A stretch of 64,000 bases of DNA from Zootoca vivipara (lineage: Eukaryota): assembly GCF_963506605.1 (NCBI RefSeq), contig NC_083294.1:35960001-36024000 (forward strand), written 5' to 3'. A model generated the notes under the pieces. The model worked only from the letters and a program-made list of their open reading frames with translations. It ran no database searches and was not told the DNA's origin. Within the stretch, counting starts at the first letter, position 1. Each line of letters starts with the position of its first letter. The position numbers and the translations under genes are program-made. Positions 22,002 to 35,041 of the stretch are shown in pieces.

Positions 22002-24401
22002 AATAATAATCCCCACATCATCTCTAGCTATGCCATGAACCTCAGTCATTGAGCAATGCCTACAGGTGTGCAAGTGAACCTGTCCTTGGAAGACAGAAAT
22101 TTTCTTATTCATACAATGTTCTTATTCTTGCCACATGTGCTCTGGCTGGTAATATATTATCCCTATGGTGTCATTTCCCACAGGGTTTTCTCTATAGTAA
22201 GCACCTATAAGGTGTTTCAACTGAACATCCTTCACGGTGATGGCATTATATATGCTCAATAGGGCAACATCCACAGGGCTTTATCCCACAGCAGGGAACA
22301 TGGGGAATGGTAGATTCTTGATCACACAAGGGATGGTCAGATAACCTTCCCAGAATGGAAGGGGGATGCTACCATACACACCATACTTACTACCACTTCC
22401 CACTATCATTGTGCTTGAAAGAGGAGCTACCCATCTGTTTTATGTCACATTTGAAAGGGAAGCCTATAAACATGCAGGTGTATGGGCATTGTCTCTGCAC
22501 CTAACTGAGAAATCTGAGCCAGTGTTTCCTTCTCTCCCTTCTATACATTGAGTAGCATGTACAGTCTGAGTTATTTAATCTCCTCTATGGAAGAAAAGAA
22601 AAAAAGGACCCCAACTTCATTGCAAATGCCAGAAGAGCATTGCACAGGGCAAGTCCTGCCTACACATTTCTGCTTCCTCTCCTACACATATTCAGGCAAC
22701 ATCAATGTCTCTGAACAGGGCCAAAGTAACACCCCATCAGCTTGTTCAGCTTGGAGCAACTCGGCTGAGTAAGCCACTGGGAATTGCAGTAAGGTGTAAC
22801 AAGATCTTCAGCGGAAGACGAATTGATTAAAACTACTACTGCAGTCCATTACCTTCCTATTGAGTCTTAGTGCAAAGCACTGATTAAATGAGACAGTGTG
22901 AATTTAACTCCAGTCACAGATAAGCAGAGGGTTTTTTCCCCTCCTCCCTTCATAAAATTGCAAGGTTTTTGTTGTTGTTTTTCACATAGGGACTGATTAA
23001 AATAATTGACCAATTAGATCATTTGTTTACTTCTGCAGCTGCATGAGCAAACACCTGACTGAGAGATGATTGGCACAGATCCAGGTTCAAACACTTGATG
23101 AGGCACAGAATTCCCTGGCTGCCCCTTGCACCAGTTGCTACCGCTGAGCATGACCTACCTCACAAGGTTGCTGTGAAGGTAACATGATAGCCCATGCAAA
23201 CCCTTTGATAGTAACATGCAAAGGGGACATACAGATAAAGAAGCAGTGCAGAGTATTGTAAAGTGACCCTTCATTTTTGTTTTCTTACATGCCCAAGGCA
23301 TATTAATCAAGTCTCTTTATTCTCAGAAGTGTGAATTCAGGGCAGCAGTCTCTGCATTATACAGAACACCCTCCCAGGGGCAGTGAGGGAACGTGCCTGC
23401 ATTTAGGTATGGATTTTGGCATGCTATGAACACTTAAAAAAAACTAAAAATCAACAAAAACCCCACTATGTTTCAGGAAGCGTTTCCAGCATTTTAATTT
23501 TATCTGGTCATTTTTAATACTGTTTATTACATATGCTATTCTGTATCTTGTTTTGCTAGGATTGCTTAGAGATCTATTATAATAAATAACCATTTTTAAT
23601 AAAACAAATAAATACTTCTTTGTCTATCCTGGTTCACACAAGATATAAGTTGGGGAGGGGGAATGGCTTCCTCAAATTCTCCATACTTTTGGGTGGGGGA
23701 GCAAAACTGGGAGCAGGTGGGGTGAATGAGACAAATTATCTGAAAGCCCCGCTCAGCCAAGTCAATACAGAATGAAACAATATTGTCAGTTCAAAGTGGA
23801 TAGCAACATGCTATGAAGAGAGAAATTGAAGTAAGGAGCAGTGCACATTCCACCTCTCTATACCCATTGCTGGAATTCACAAGTGGGGAGACAACTGTGG
23901 TGCTCATTTTCTGTTTGTAGGCTTTCATGTGGTGTCTTGTTGACTAGTGAACAGGATGTGGATTTTTGCTGCTTCTGCTATCTCATGTTATATTTCATTG
24001 CACTGCAATTTGAACTCTATGCAATTACAACTGCTACAACAGCCAGAAAATAGTTCTGGGGACCACTGCCCTGCTTTATTAAATCTCAGGTGACAAATGA
24101 GAACTTGTTTATTCCAACCAAGTTTTAAGTGAATAATATTTTAAATCCTGTTTTAGTTTTGTTGCTGGTTTTCCTGTAGATTGATTATTTTATTGTATAT
24201 CTCTTTTTTAAACCTCTTTCTTAGTCTTTCATTGTTGTGTATATTTAATAGTTGGCATTTAACTAATTCAAGTTCAGAGCAGATTCACTGACATTAATAA
24301 ACCTAAGTTGTGTCCATTGACTTGAATATCACCCAGGATTTTAATTCCTGTTGTTAATCATGCTGGAAGAGTTTTTAGTGGGGAAAATAGTTCTCAGTGA
24401 C

Positions 24402-24522
24402 TAATAATAATAATAATAATAATATATTATTTATACCCCGCCCATCTGGCTGGGTTTCCCCAGCCACTCTGGGTGGCTTCCAACTAAATATTAAAAACAA
24501 TACAGCATTAAACATTAAAAAC
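24402..24522 (-). mobile_element. L2 LINE 3' tail
   Basis: (TAA)n followed by TTTATACCCCGCCCATCTGGCTGGGTTTCCCCAGCCACTCTGGG, the reverse complement of the L2 tail. Confidence 0.82.
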
Positions 24523-24527
24523 ATAGA

Positions 24528-24660
24528 ATAGGGAAACATGTCCCTTCATATGTTGTTAGCCTACAAATCACAACTTCCCTAACCACTGGTCATGCTGGCT
24601 GCAGTTTGATTGGTGATGGAGTTCAATAGCATCTGGAGGACCATATGTTTCACACTCCTG
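24528..24660. mobile_element. Hairpin hAT-like MITE, degraded
   Basis: Same family as 20985-21085. Confidence 0.5.
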
Positions 24661-27600
24661 TGTGGCAAAGTGTGCGACCCTGAAACAATCACTCACAGGT
24701 GTATAACCTCCTCTTTAGAGACACTGCATGCAGACTTGCCCTCTATCCTCCTGTACAACTGAATTCACATTTCACTTGCTTTAGAATGACATCAGAACCA
24801 AAAAAAAGTTTTTTGCTTCATGAAACCCACCTTCTTCTTTTTAACTGTCTTTTGAGGGGTTTTTTTCTTCATAAACTGGGGAAATGTTCTATTTCTGAGG
24901 ACAGAGAAAACAGTCAAAGTATATATGACGTCCCAGTGGTTTCTTCATTTCAAGAGACTCATTTCTGTGATATCATCATAAATAAACCTGAGTACCTTTA
25001 TGAGGCAGAAAATTGGAAGGCAGATACTCAAAAAGGTTAAATACAATACAGTGTGGCCATCCGTTAAATACTTTAGAATATAATGAGCAAAACCCATTCA
25101 TTTATTACCAATTGGTCTGATGATGCCGGTGAATCAGCAAAGGCTGTTTTCAAGCTCATTGGGAATTAGCTATGAAATTAAGAACAGAGCCACTCATAAA
25201 AGCACTACAGGAGAGGAATTTCAAGCAGAAGATGGTTTGCATTAATATTTTCTACAGTATCTCTGTAGAAAGGAGTCAAATGGAAGTTGATATGGCAAAA
25301 AGTAGACAAATGATGGAACAGGATCCAGATCTCGCCCTTTGATCTTATGATCTACATATCCTCACGGGACAAAAGACCTCTAGATGATGGAGCTGGAGGT
25401 TGTAATGATTAATGGAAGAAGCGAGTCAGAATATGATAGTGGAGAGGTAAGGGGCACAAGGCTATTGAGAGGTCTGACCCTCCACAAAACAAACATTGTG
25501 AATCTTAACTAAAATTGCCTCAAAAAATTCTTACAGGTGTTTCAACTGAGTGCAGTTGATGGAGAAGGGAGAAGCTTTTTTCCTTTTTAGCTCAAAGGCT
25601 ACATTCCCTACTGGGCAGACTTTCAGGGGCTACTTGCCAGTGTTGGTCAGAGGCAAAAGTGGGCAGATAAACTTTTGAAGATTTTACCTTTGTGAAGAGT
25701 GGTAGCTTCTGTACATCCCTCCATTCAGACAAGCAGAAATAATTAGTAGAATTCAAGAATTCAATCCATCCAGGCAAAAATACTCAAAGGGTGAGGGCTG
25801 TTCCCAAGAGAGAGTCCCAGGGGTCTGGATGGCCACATTTGATTCTCAGGTCAGAGGCTCCCCATTCCTGACTTAGTGGAACACTCCAAATTCTCCCCAT
25901 AGTTTTGCTTTTAGCAAAATATGTTCTTAATTTAGTTTAATTCTCCCCTCTGAGATACGCTTTTAATGACTTGAAATCCATACAGGCTATTTCATCCTGT
26001 CCGGATGCTCCAAATTTGGGACCAAATGCAGAAAAGGGCCGCTGACTTCTCCTCCACTGGTGTGCTTCTGGAATCTTGATCTGGTTGGGCAATGTATGTT
26101 GACTAGATTGAACATTGGTTTATGCCAGCAGAGCTCTTACTGAGTTCTTAGTAGGGCTGTGCTCAGTTTCCCCTCTAATTCAGGGTCCAGGGTGGCACTT
26201 TAGAGTAGCCCCAATCCAACTTTGAGGGCCTTGAAAAGTCATGTGGTGTGCATGGGGGGGGGGAGAGAAGGGAGCATGCATCTTCTCCTCTGCATCCATG
26301 TGTTTAATCAGAGTTTCAAACCCTAATTGAACTTGCAGTGGACCTTCTTCCCCCTCTCCTAGCTAGCAGATTGTTAAAGCCACAGATCTTTCTCTGTGGA
26401 CCCAATCCAACCTGGGGTGATCTGAGAGTGCCTCAACTTGATGCAGCCAAATTTTGAGTAATCTTGAATCATCCCAATATGGTTCAGGATCTAAGATTTT
26501 GCACAGCCGTAGTTCTTACTACTTCTTTATAAATGTCCCTTATACTCCAAAAAAAATTAAGCAGTGACTGTGACTTCTGCATAGAAATAGATGGATTACA
26601 TCTGGTGACCTATTCCTTGCAATCTAGTGTCACCAGCTTTTATGGCTGAATCTGTGGAACTGTAAATTTAGTGTTCGTCTTCCTCTCCTTCCTACCCCTT
26701 TTAGTAACTATGCCACTATTACTGCCTTCCATATGTTCTTGAAATGTGGAGGTGAAGAAAATATCTAATGGACCCATTACTCACACCCTCTCACTATATT
26801 CAGGATTGTGAAATGCATAGAGCAGCTCTTTGCTTAAGGTATGGTATTATATGATAAACATTCTTAGTCATGTATTTTCAGGACTAATATCCAGAGAGAA
26901 AATGGCAAAGGTAATAACAGGCCACTAAAAGTCCGTGCAGAAGGGTCTAGCACAGAGAGTGAAAAATGAAGTTTCAGGCAGACAGAAGGTACAGCATAAG
27001 GTCATCATAAAGGATCAAAAAGAAAAGTAGAAGAAGTTGTGTAATATCCTCTCAAAATGAATATGACAAAGGTTGTAGGTTACCTTAAAGGGAGGGGAAA
27101 AGTCCCAAGCCCATTATGAGTTTTACATCCCATATGAGAAACAGCAACAGGGGAGGAATGTAAAAGAAACAAAAAGTAAGTAGAAAATATGAACTTAATA
27201 GTTCTGCTCCATGACAAGTCTTTAAAATACTGAAACAGAGTGTTGTGGTAGTGGGTGAATTATGGAGCCCTACTCAGGAGGAGGACCAAGGAGGCAAAGT
27301 GTTTATTAGAGCAGTGTCCCTCTGACAAAGGGATAGGAACCTCCAGATGTTGCTGGACTCCAAATATCCAAAGGAGCTCAACATTCCCCATCCCTGTTTT
27401 AATGTTCCATCAGGGGCAGCTATGGAACCCTGCACAACTTCTAGTTCTTTCTATTCTTTGCAAGTCTCCTCTCCACTCATTTTACATTTTAACTTGCATA
27501 TTAACCAAACATTGCAAGAAAATGACTGATGTGATTGCACATAATTGCATTAAGGTTATCTTTGTGTCGTGATTTTTTCTAAGGCATACATAGAATTTTG

Positions 27601-29095
27601 AGTTTGTGGTAAAACAGTATAAAAAAGAATTTTGGTAAAAATTAAAAAATTAAGGCTGTTGCCATGCTGCAGTTTGCATGACTCACACAAAAGAAACCAA
27701 GATCACGTATAAATGTACTCAACCACAAAACAGACGTGACCAGCTGATAATTATCTCAAAATTTTATAATTATTATATATAAACTAAACCAAAACTAAGA
27801 CGTCAATATTTCTAAATTCAATTCAAGTCCTTTGCTCCCATAGAATACTGTAGGAAGTTCAAAGGTATGCAAGAGTTCATTTCAACGATAATGCTTGTAG
27901 TATTGCTAGACTAGTGGTATACAGTGATTTGCTATGCATGCTGGAAAGAGGTTAAGAAATGGTGGTAGTCCTTTAGGGGTGGTACTCGGTCCACATGGAC
28001 TCTCCATTATTTGAATATCCTCCATGTTGGATCCCCATAATGGCTTCATTTCATTAACAGAAGAATGAAACCCACTTAAATGTCCAAGCCTTCAGAGACC
28101 ATGTTTAGTTTAATTTTAATTCTTTCCCAGCCTTCTCCTTTTGGTTTTTAATTGTGCTTCTTAAATATTTCCTCTACATTTCATTGATTTTATTTTATTT
28201 GACGCAAACCCCTTTTGAGATCATTGCTGACAAACACCCACCCACATACCCCTGCATACAAGATCACCAGATAATAAATAAATAAAAGCCTTTGGAGACA
28301 TAGGGATCTGTGCTGTTTCTTCTGTTTCTGAAAAGGAAGGAACCTGTCATTTGAAGAACACCACAGGTCTAAAGCTTTCGCTGACCAGCATTCGGCAATG
28401 GGGAAGAAAACAACTTAGCAACTGACTCTGATGGCGTCATGTCATGTTTAATCAGCGAAGACTGAGCTAGTCACCTTGAGATTCTGAAAGCCTTGTTCGA
28501 TACCATTTAAAAGATTGATTTTCTGTAACTATGAATCCTCTCAAGTAGTCATTAGACAGGAAGGAAGTTACCTGGGGCTTGTTTTTTTAAAAAAAAATAC
28601 AGGGGGGGGGAATGAAATATAGAAGTCTAGCCTAGAGGAGGCAAGCTGAAAACTGAGGAGCTGTTTGTCAGACCAGAAACAAAGGTATACCTTGGAGGGC
28701 TGGCAGGGGTGATGTTATTCAAGTTGTTCCTTCGTAACAGTGAGAACTCCTCCTTGACCTTCCCTCTCACTGACAACAGAGCTGGCTAGATAAATAAGTG
28801 GAGAAGGAAAATAGCAAGACAGTTTCTGAAGGAAATAAAGGAGAGAGATAACACTTAGATCTCTCTTTCTACAGAACCAGCATAAGTCATGGATGTTTAC
28901 TGCCAACAGATGTTTGGGTGTAAAGGCAATTACTTAAGAACACTGCTGAGAAAACCATGTGTGCTCTTCATTCTGTAGACAGTTATTTTCTGCCAAACAG
29001 GAGAATATCTCTTGCAGTCCTAAAAACGTCCAGCCAGAATATGTGTTGTTAATTGAAGTGTTAACTCTTGCTTTGTTGGTATTTTGTTACAAGCA

Positions 29096-29199
29096 TTGTT
29101 TAGGGAAGCTTTTAATATTTAATAGATTATTTTAATATTCTGTTGGAAGCCGCCCAGAGTGGCTGGGGAAACCCAGCCAGATGGGTGGGGTATAAATAA

Positions 29200-29250
<51 letters not shown>
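29096..29250 (+). mobile_element. L2 LINE 3' end with a (TTG)n tail
   Basis: TGTTTAGGGAAGCTTTTAAT (the end of ORF2, as at ~58607), then the stem-loop tail, then (TTG)n at 29201-29250. Confidence 0.85.
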
Positions 29251-31129
29251 AATCAGACAAATAACTGGGTATCTATGTGATAGTTAACTCCCTTAAAAAA
29301 AGAAGAGGTGAAGTGGAATAGTAACTGCAAAGCAAGCTAGCAGCAATGAAAAGATTTACAGCTATAAAAAGTTTGCCTTGATTTTCCATTATATTTCTTT
29401 TCCATTTTCACCAAGGGTGGGTAGATAGGCTTGAGTGAGACTTTAAATGACTGGCAGGGCCAACCAGATCATGAACGTTTGAGCAGGTTCTTTCAAGGTG
29501 TGTAATTTTGGAGTGACATATCTGCCCATTGTAAGTAGGGAAGCAGGGGATCACAGCATTAGCACCCCAAAGGGGTCTTGCTTTCCCCATAGCCACAGCC
29601 TTGGGTCTGAGCATAAATCAGCCTTGTCTCTTCCTCACATGTTTCTGCTTGCTTCTTCCACCAGCTTTTATTTTACACATACCCAACTCAGTTCTGGCAG
29701 TGAGCTGAAGGAGGGGGGGCCCCACCGATTTGCTTTCTGGCACAAAGCTACTTCCTTTGTTACCTTAACAACCCATATTTAGAGGGCTTCTCTGGCTACT
29801 GCAACAATTTCACAAGAACCTTGCCTGGCTATTCCAGCAATTTGAATCATTACTTAGATTTTTAACACTTGCCGGATCTTGGAATTATAAGGGTCTCGGC
29901 ATACAGCCCGCTTCCCCCTTACCAAAAACACAAAACCCTCATAAAAATATATAACAGTCAGTTCCACTGCCAGTTGATTACTTTTAGTGATTCTTAATCC
30001 CCTAGCTCCTCAGTCCTTCACATCAGCCAATTTGACATGGGAAACATATGTGCTGTTCTGGAGATTTGTCTAGCAGAAACCATGAACTGGATACTATGTT
30101 GTGAAAGCTAACTTTCTGGGGAGCCAACATTTATAATTATTTATTCTGTTTCTAAGAACTCATGTTAAAAACAAGAACAAAATAAAGCAACCCAAGGATT
30201 CTTGTCTGTAATAAATAACGTAATACTGGCCTGGGTCCATCTGCTCAAAGCTTTGAAGAAGCTGGAAGGTAGCACTGCATGTATAATTGAGATACTATTT
30301 TTTAATAATAAAAAAGTGCTGAAAAGGATCAACCCAACCCAGAGATCAGTGCGTTTTTTTCCCAGTGTGTGGCTAGAATCTTCCAGAAGAGAAGTTCCAT
30401 TCCCCCCCCCCCCAATGGAAGAAGCAGTTCTGCAGAGAGAGAGGAACCCCTCTCTATTGAAATTCATGGTGAGGCTTGCATATCATCAGAACTTATGTAA
30501 TACCACTCCTGCAAGGAATGCACTGGCTGTCAATATGCCACCTCAGGCTTTTATGTCCCTTGAGTTAACAATTAAACACCTAAACATCTTGAGACTGAAG
30601 ACAAATCTTCCAGGCCTACCCTGGGTTTTAGTGCCAATTATTTTAAATTTGCCTCAGTTTGGATTTTTAAGGTTGACTCCGTACACCATCCTGAGAGTTT
30701 ATGAAAAGCATTGCATAAATAGTTTAAAGTAAGCAAACAAACAATTTAAAATCATACTCTGTTGCATCTGTCTTGGGAGCCACCATGTCAGTTTCAGTAG
30801 GGGCTAGATTTTTCTACAGTGCATTAATTTGTTATTCACTCCACCCTGTATTCTGTATTTTTTTGTTTTAATAAGATAGCTTTGTTGTGTTCTTTTTTGA
30901 AAAGGAAGGAAAAGAACTGCAGATCTGGATCACCAACCACTGCTTACTGATATTTTGCCTCTACATATTTTAATTTATTTATGCAGAATTGTTCCCTTCC
31001 CATACGCTTCTGCCCTAAGGAGATCAAAGTTGAGTACACTACATTACATATGTCCACAGGCAAACTGATAAATAAAACACTGTCAAAACAACAACCCCAA
31101 ATCCCTGAACCAACAACGATCTAAACAGG

Positions 31130-31225
31130 CTTGATCCAGACTAAATCATGCCTAGAGTAGGTCCATTGAAATCGGGGCACTGACTTGATTTCAGTGGTTC
31201 TATCTGACTAAGTTTGGATCCAACA
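31130..31225. mobile_element. Short palindromic MITE-like repeat
   Basis: TTGATCCAGACT...CCATTGAAATC...GATTTCAGTGG...AGTTTGGATCCAA forms an imperfect hairpin. Confidence 0.5.
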
Positions 31226-32208
31226 CAATGCATGATTGCCCACTGGTTTCTGCTCATATAGTAGTTCTGATCTACTGATATGCACTTGAACATATCATAC
31301 AAAAATATTAACATAATTGTGCATCATATACATGCTTCATCTTTAGTAGTGTTTAATCATTCTATAAATGCACATTTGTCATGTAAAAGTGTGGGGAGGA
31401 GATAATAATGAACAAAAGGCTGTAGAAAATGATAACATTCAGAAATTAAAATTGAGGCATAGGATATTCGAAAAATCATACAGCTGGGAGCCTGGGCTTC
31501 CTTAAATAGAACTTTAAAACCCAGGGAGAAAGATGAGGGAGTATCATAAGAAGCACTCCTAGTTAGATCTAGCTTCACCCTGGCTCTTGGTTTCAACCTC
31601 CCATAACTTTCAAAAGGAACTCAAAAGAGCCTGAAGTTAGGTTGGTCAGTTTTCTCTCTTGCCTGTCTTGCTCATTTGGCATGGGTCTTGCTAACATTGG
31701 ACTAAAGTTCGATTGTAAGCAGCTTTAAGGATTCATCCTCATGAAAAAGATCTGAGGAATTCAGAGAAGTCGAAAGAGTTTCATTCAGATTGGCCATATT
31801 TCTCAGTGGGTTTTCTTACATCCCCCAAGTCAGCCTAAAATAAAATTTGAAGCATATTTAACATGCTTCTCTGCAGGCAACATGTCTGGGAAAATAGTGG
31901 GGTGGGATTCCTGCTTGCATAGATTTTGCCCAGGGCTGAGCCAAAAGACAAGATTATGAAAAATCTACATCAAATCATATTCCACAGAAGGGGAAAATAG
32001 TTTCTGATCAGAAAACCATTGGTTGTGCTGGGGAAGACTTCCATGATTCCTTTCCCATAATTCCTTGGAAAAGTGGTATAAATTTTACTGAGGGAAACAA
32101 CTTATTGAAGCAACACTATAGCCCTCCTGCTAACATAGTAGCAGAAGAGGAAACCAGGGGCTTCCTGAACAGCAATGAAAAAGATAGGATTAACCTATCT
32201 ACAGTACT

Positions 32209-32211
<3 letters not shown>

Positions 32212-32254
<43 letters not shown>
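32212..32254. repeat. (CA)n microsatellite
   Basis: Directly visible. Confidence 0.98.
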
Positions 32255-32255
<1 letters not shown>

Positions 32256-32257
32256 AC

Positions 32258-32454
32258 CAGTGGCGGAGCTTCATGCTCTGCAACCGGGGGCAGAGAGCAG
32301 ATGCGCTGCCCCCAGGGGCAAAGCGTGTATTCTGGGGGCGTGTCGTGCGTAGGGGCAGGGTGTGCGTTTTGGGGGCGGGGCACGCGTTTTGGGGGCCGCG
32401 ATGGCGCCCCTGGGATCACGCCGCTCGGGGCACCCCTATCTTCCTACGCCTCTG
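32258..32454. mobile_element. GC/CpG-rich hAT-type MITE
   Basis: TIRs CAGTGGCGGAG / CTACGCCTCTG (9/11). 8-bp TSD CACACCAC (32250-32257) / CACCCCAC (32455-32462). Confidence 0.8.
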
Positions 32455-32669
32455 CACCCCACCATTGCTCCTTACCCCTCAACTGGTCCAGTTTAATCAG
32501 GACATCCTGTTTTAGGGTGCTGTGCTCTTGAACAAGATCGTGGCTCCAAAAGAATGCCAGGTCTGGATCTGGATCACATTACTCATGCAAGAGCCCAGCC
32601 CTGAAAGACACGCATCCTGGTTTTCCGCTGGCCCATGTTGGAAGGTATGCTGCTCTCAGTGCTTTTTAA

Positions 32670-32749
32670 AAGAAGAAGAAGAAGAAGAAGAAGAAGAAGA
32701 AGAAGAAGAAGAAGAAGAAGAAGAAGAAGAAGAAGAAGAAGAGGAGGAA
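32670..32749. repeat. (GAA)n microsatellite
   Basis: Directly visible. Explains the poly-E ORF. Confidence 0.98.
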
Positions 32750-33063
32750 TTGATTTAATTAATTAATTAGGAGGGAAATAGATAAAACTGCTGCTCTTGA
32801 TTTTTTGTGTGTGTGTTAGATGTTTGACACTACTTTGATATGTTACATGAAAGGTGGTATTAAAATACCTAAATACGCAACTAAGCCCAATCTCTTGGAT
32901 TCTGAGGCCTCAGAGGAAAGCCTCAACTCAGCCACTGGCTTGTGCTGGATTTCTGAGAGATGTTGGCCCCATGAATATACACATATAAAGGCCCTATATT
33001 TGTTTACTGTTGTACTGGAATAGCAGGTACTTCTGAAAGCTTTGAGTGTCAAAAAGTACAAGT

Positions 33064-33376
33064 TTACATTCACACCAAACATTTAAAGTGTTATACTACT
33101 TTAAACTTCAACCTCTCTCCCCTCCCCCACCCCTACCCCCAAGAATCCTGGGAGCTGTGGTTTGTTAAGAGTCCTGAGAATTATTTGGAGACTCATGTTC
33201 CCTTAACAATCCCCTACCCAACCGCTGAAGAAGGATTATTGTGAAAATACTCAGAGAATTGTAGCTCTGTCAGTGGAATAGGGGTGTCAACAAACTACAG
33301 CTCCCATGATTCTTTGGGGTAAACCATGGCAGTTTAAAGTGGTATAATGCTTTGAAAGGTTTGCTGTGAATATGAC
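33064..33376. mobile_element. Non-autonomous DNA transposon (MITE) with ~40-bp imperfect TIRs
   Basis: ATTCACACCAAACATTTAAAGTGTTATACTACTTTAAAC pairs with GTTTAAAGTGGTATAATGCTTTGAAAGGTTTGCTGTGAAT. Inner inverted CCCAAGAATCCTGGGAGCTGT / ACAGCTCCCATGATTCTTTGGG. A partial related copy lies at ~60340-60545. Confidence 0.7.
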
Positions 33377-33899
33377 CACGTACTATTATGGTGGCGTTCC
33401 AGCCTCTCAAAAGCACCTGCTACCTACTACAAATCTCATCATCCTTGAGCATTGGCCATGCTGGCTGTGGATATGTTAGTCAGAGTCCAACAATATCTAG
33501 AGGGCACCATGTTGACTGCCCCTGCTATGATCTTTCCCCCTTTCCCTGTTCCTTCCCCCCACTTCTGTACGCTGTGTTCTATATAGACAATTTGTTTTCT
33601 TTCTAGCCAGTAAAATAATAGTAACAAATATGCCTTCATTGGTAAATCTAACTTGCTGTTTATTCACAATCTTCATAATAAAAAGGGACTCATATATTAA
33701 CATAACCAGCAACTCTACCCATGATTAATAGCTTTGAATATTTAATATGAAATAAAACATTTATGGGAAACCAAATAGGCTCAGACGAAAGGTGAGATTA
33801 CTGTACTCTCGCAGACTTCACACACAACCTATTGTAAACTAAACCATCTGCAGCACGTCTCCTCAACAAATGTAGATATTTTTGCCCACTGTTTTGTCA

Positions 33900-34050
33900 C
33901 GGCTCAGTTTTAGAGCACCTGTCTTGTATGTAGTTCAGTCCCCAGCATCTCCAGTTAGGGCTGATCCAGGAGAGCTGCTGCTGGTCAGTGTGAACAATTC
34001 TGAATTAGATTGACCCATAGTCTGATTCAGGATAAGGCTGCTTTGGATGT
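33900..34050 (+). mobile_element. Squam2-like tRNA-derived SINE, degraded
   Basis: GGCTCAGTTTTAGAGCAC...GTTCAGTCCCCAGCATCTCCAG...GATAAGGCTGCTT. Confidence 0.65.
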
Positions 34051-34685
34051 GGATCCTATCATTCAGCTGAATGTGCAGTAGTGCAACTGCAGCAGGCCCA
34101 ACAGACCTGTATCATTAGAAGGAGGGGGTGTTTGTGAAAGAGGGAGATGAACCAGCCTCCTTTCTTTGGCATTTATGGGTACAAACTTCAATGGTGAGGG
34201 ATAGTGCTGCACCATATTTACTTCCCAGGATCATACATGGCCCTAGTCATACATTACTCATGTGTGGACTTTGTGGGCTTTCCAGAAGTGCAGATTTTTC
34301 CAATCATGAATGCAGTTTGTCACATTTCTGCAACAGCCGCCATGACTGAATATGCATTTCCAATTGTGTGTGTGTGTGGTTGTAATTTTACCCCTTATCC
34401 ATGTTTTTCAATCAAAAATTTGTTTAATGATAGTGAATATATACATTATTTTTTTTGCACAGACTTTCCACTAATATGCACATTTTTGACACTTTGTTTG
34501 GTATGCTGCTTCACAAAACTTGGAGGTGTGAATTTCAATGGATAGATGCCTTTTGGTTTGCATATGGTTTTGAGAAATGTGAATATGTTAGGTTCACATT
34601 AAAATGCAAACTTATACCCCATCACTAGGGCTTTCTGGGGGTATCTCATTTATCACTGTTAGAAATGAATTGCTGGATTACATGG

Positions 34686-35041
34686 TAAAAGGTAAAGGTA
34701 AAGGGACCCCTGACCATTAAGTCCAGTCGTGACCGACTCTGGGGTTGCGCGCTCATCTCGCATTATTGGCCGAGGGAGCCGGCGTATAGCTTCCAGGTCA
34801 TGTGGCCAGCATGACAAAGCCACTTTGGCAAACCAGAGCAGCACACGGAAACGCTGTTTACCTTCCCGCTGTAGCGGTTCCTATTTATCTACTTGCATTT
34901 TGACGTGCTTTCGAACTGCTAGGTTGGCAGGAGCTGGGACCAAGCAACGGGAGCTCACCCCGTCACAGGGATTCGAACTGCCAACCTTCTGATCAGCAAG
35001 CCCTAGGCTCAGTGGTTTAACCACAGCGCCACCTGGGTCCC
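34686..35041 (-). mobile_element. Full-length Sauria SINE (Squam1)
   Basis: The minus strand starts GGGACCCAGGTGGCGCTGTGGTTAAACCACTGAGCC, has the B-box GTTCGAATCCC and ends in (ACCTTT)n. TSD TGGATTACATGG (34674-34685, 35046-35057). Confidence 0.93.

Noticed and set aside
30202-30732. 176-aa ORF
   Set aside because: No recognisable domain, non-ATG start, a poly-C run inside and no splice evidence.
31750-31790. CTGAGGA...CGAAAG, a hammerhead-like spacing
   Set aside because: Stem II cannot close with G10.1-C11.1, and stems I and III do not pair.
32522-32758. ORF with a poly-glutamate run
   Set aside because: It is a translation of the (GAA)n microsatellite, with no other coding signal.
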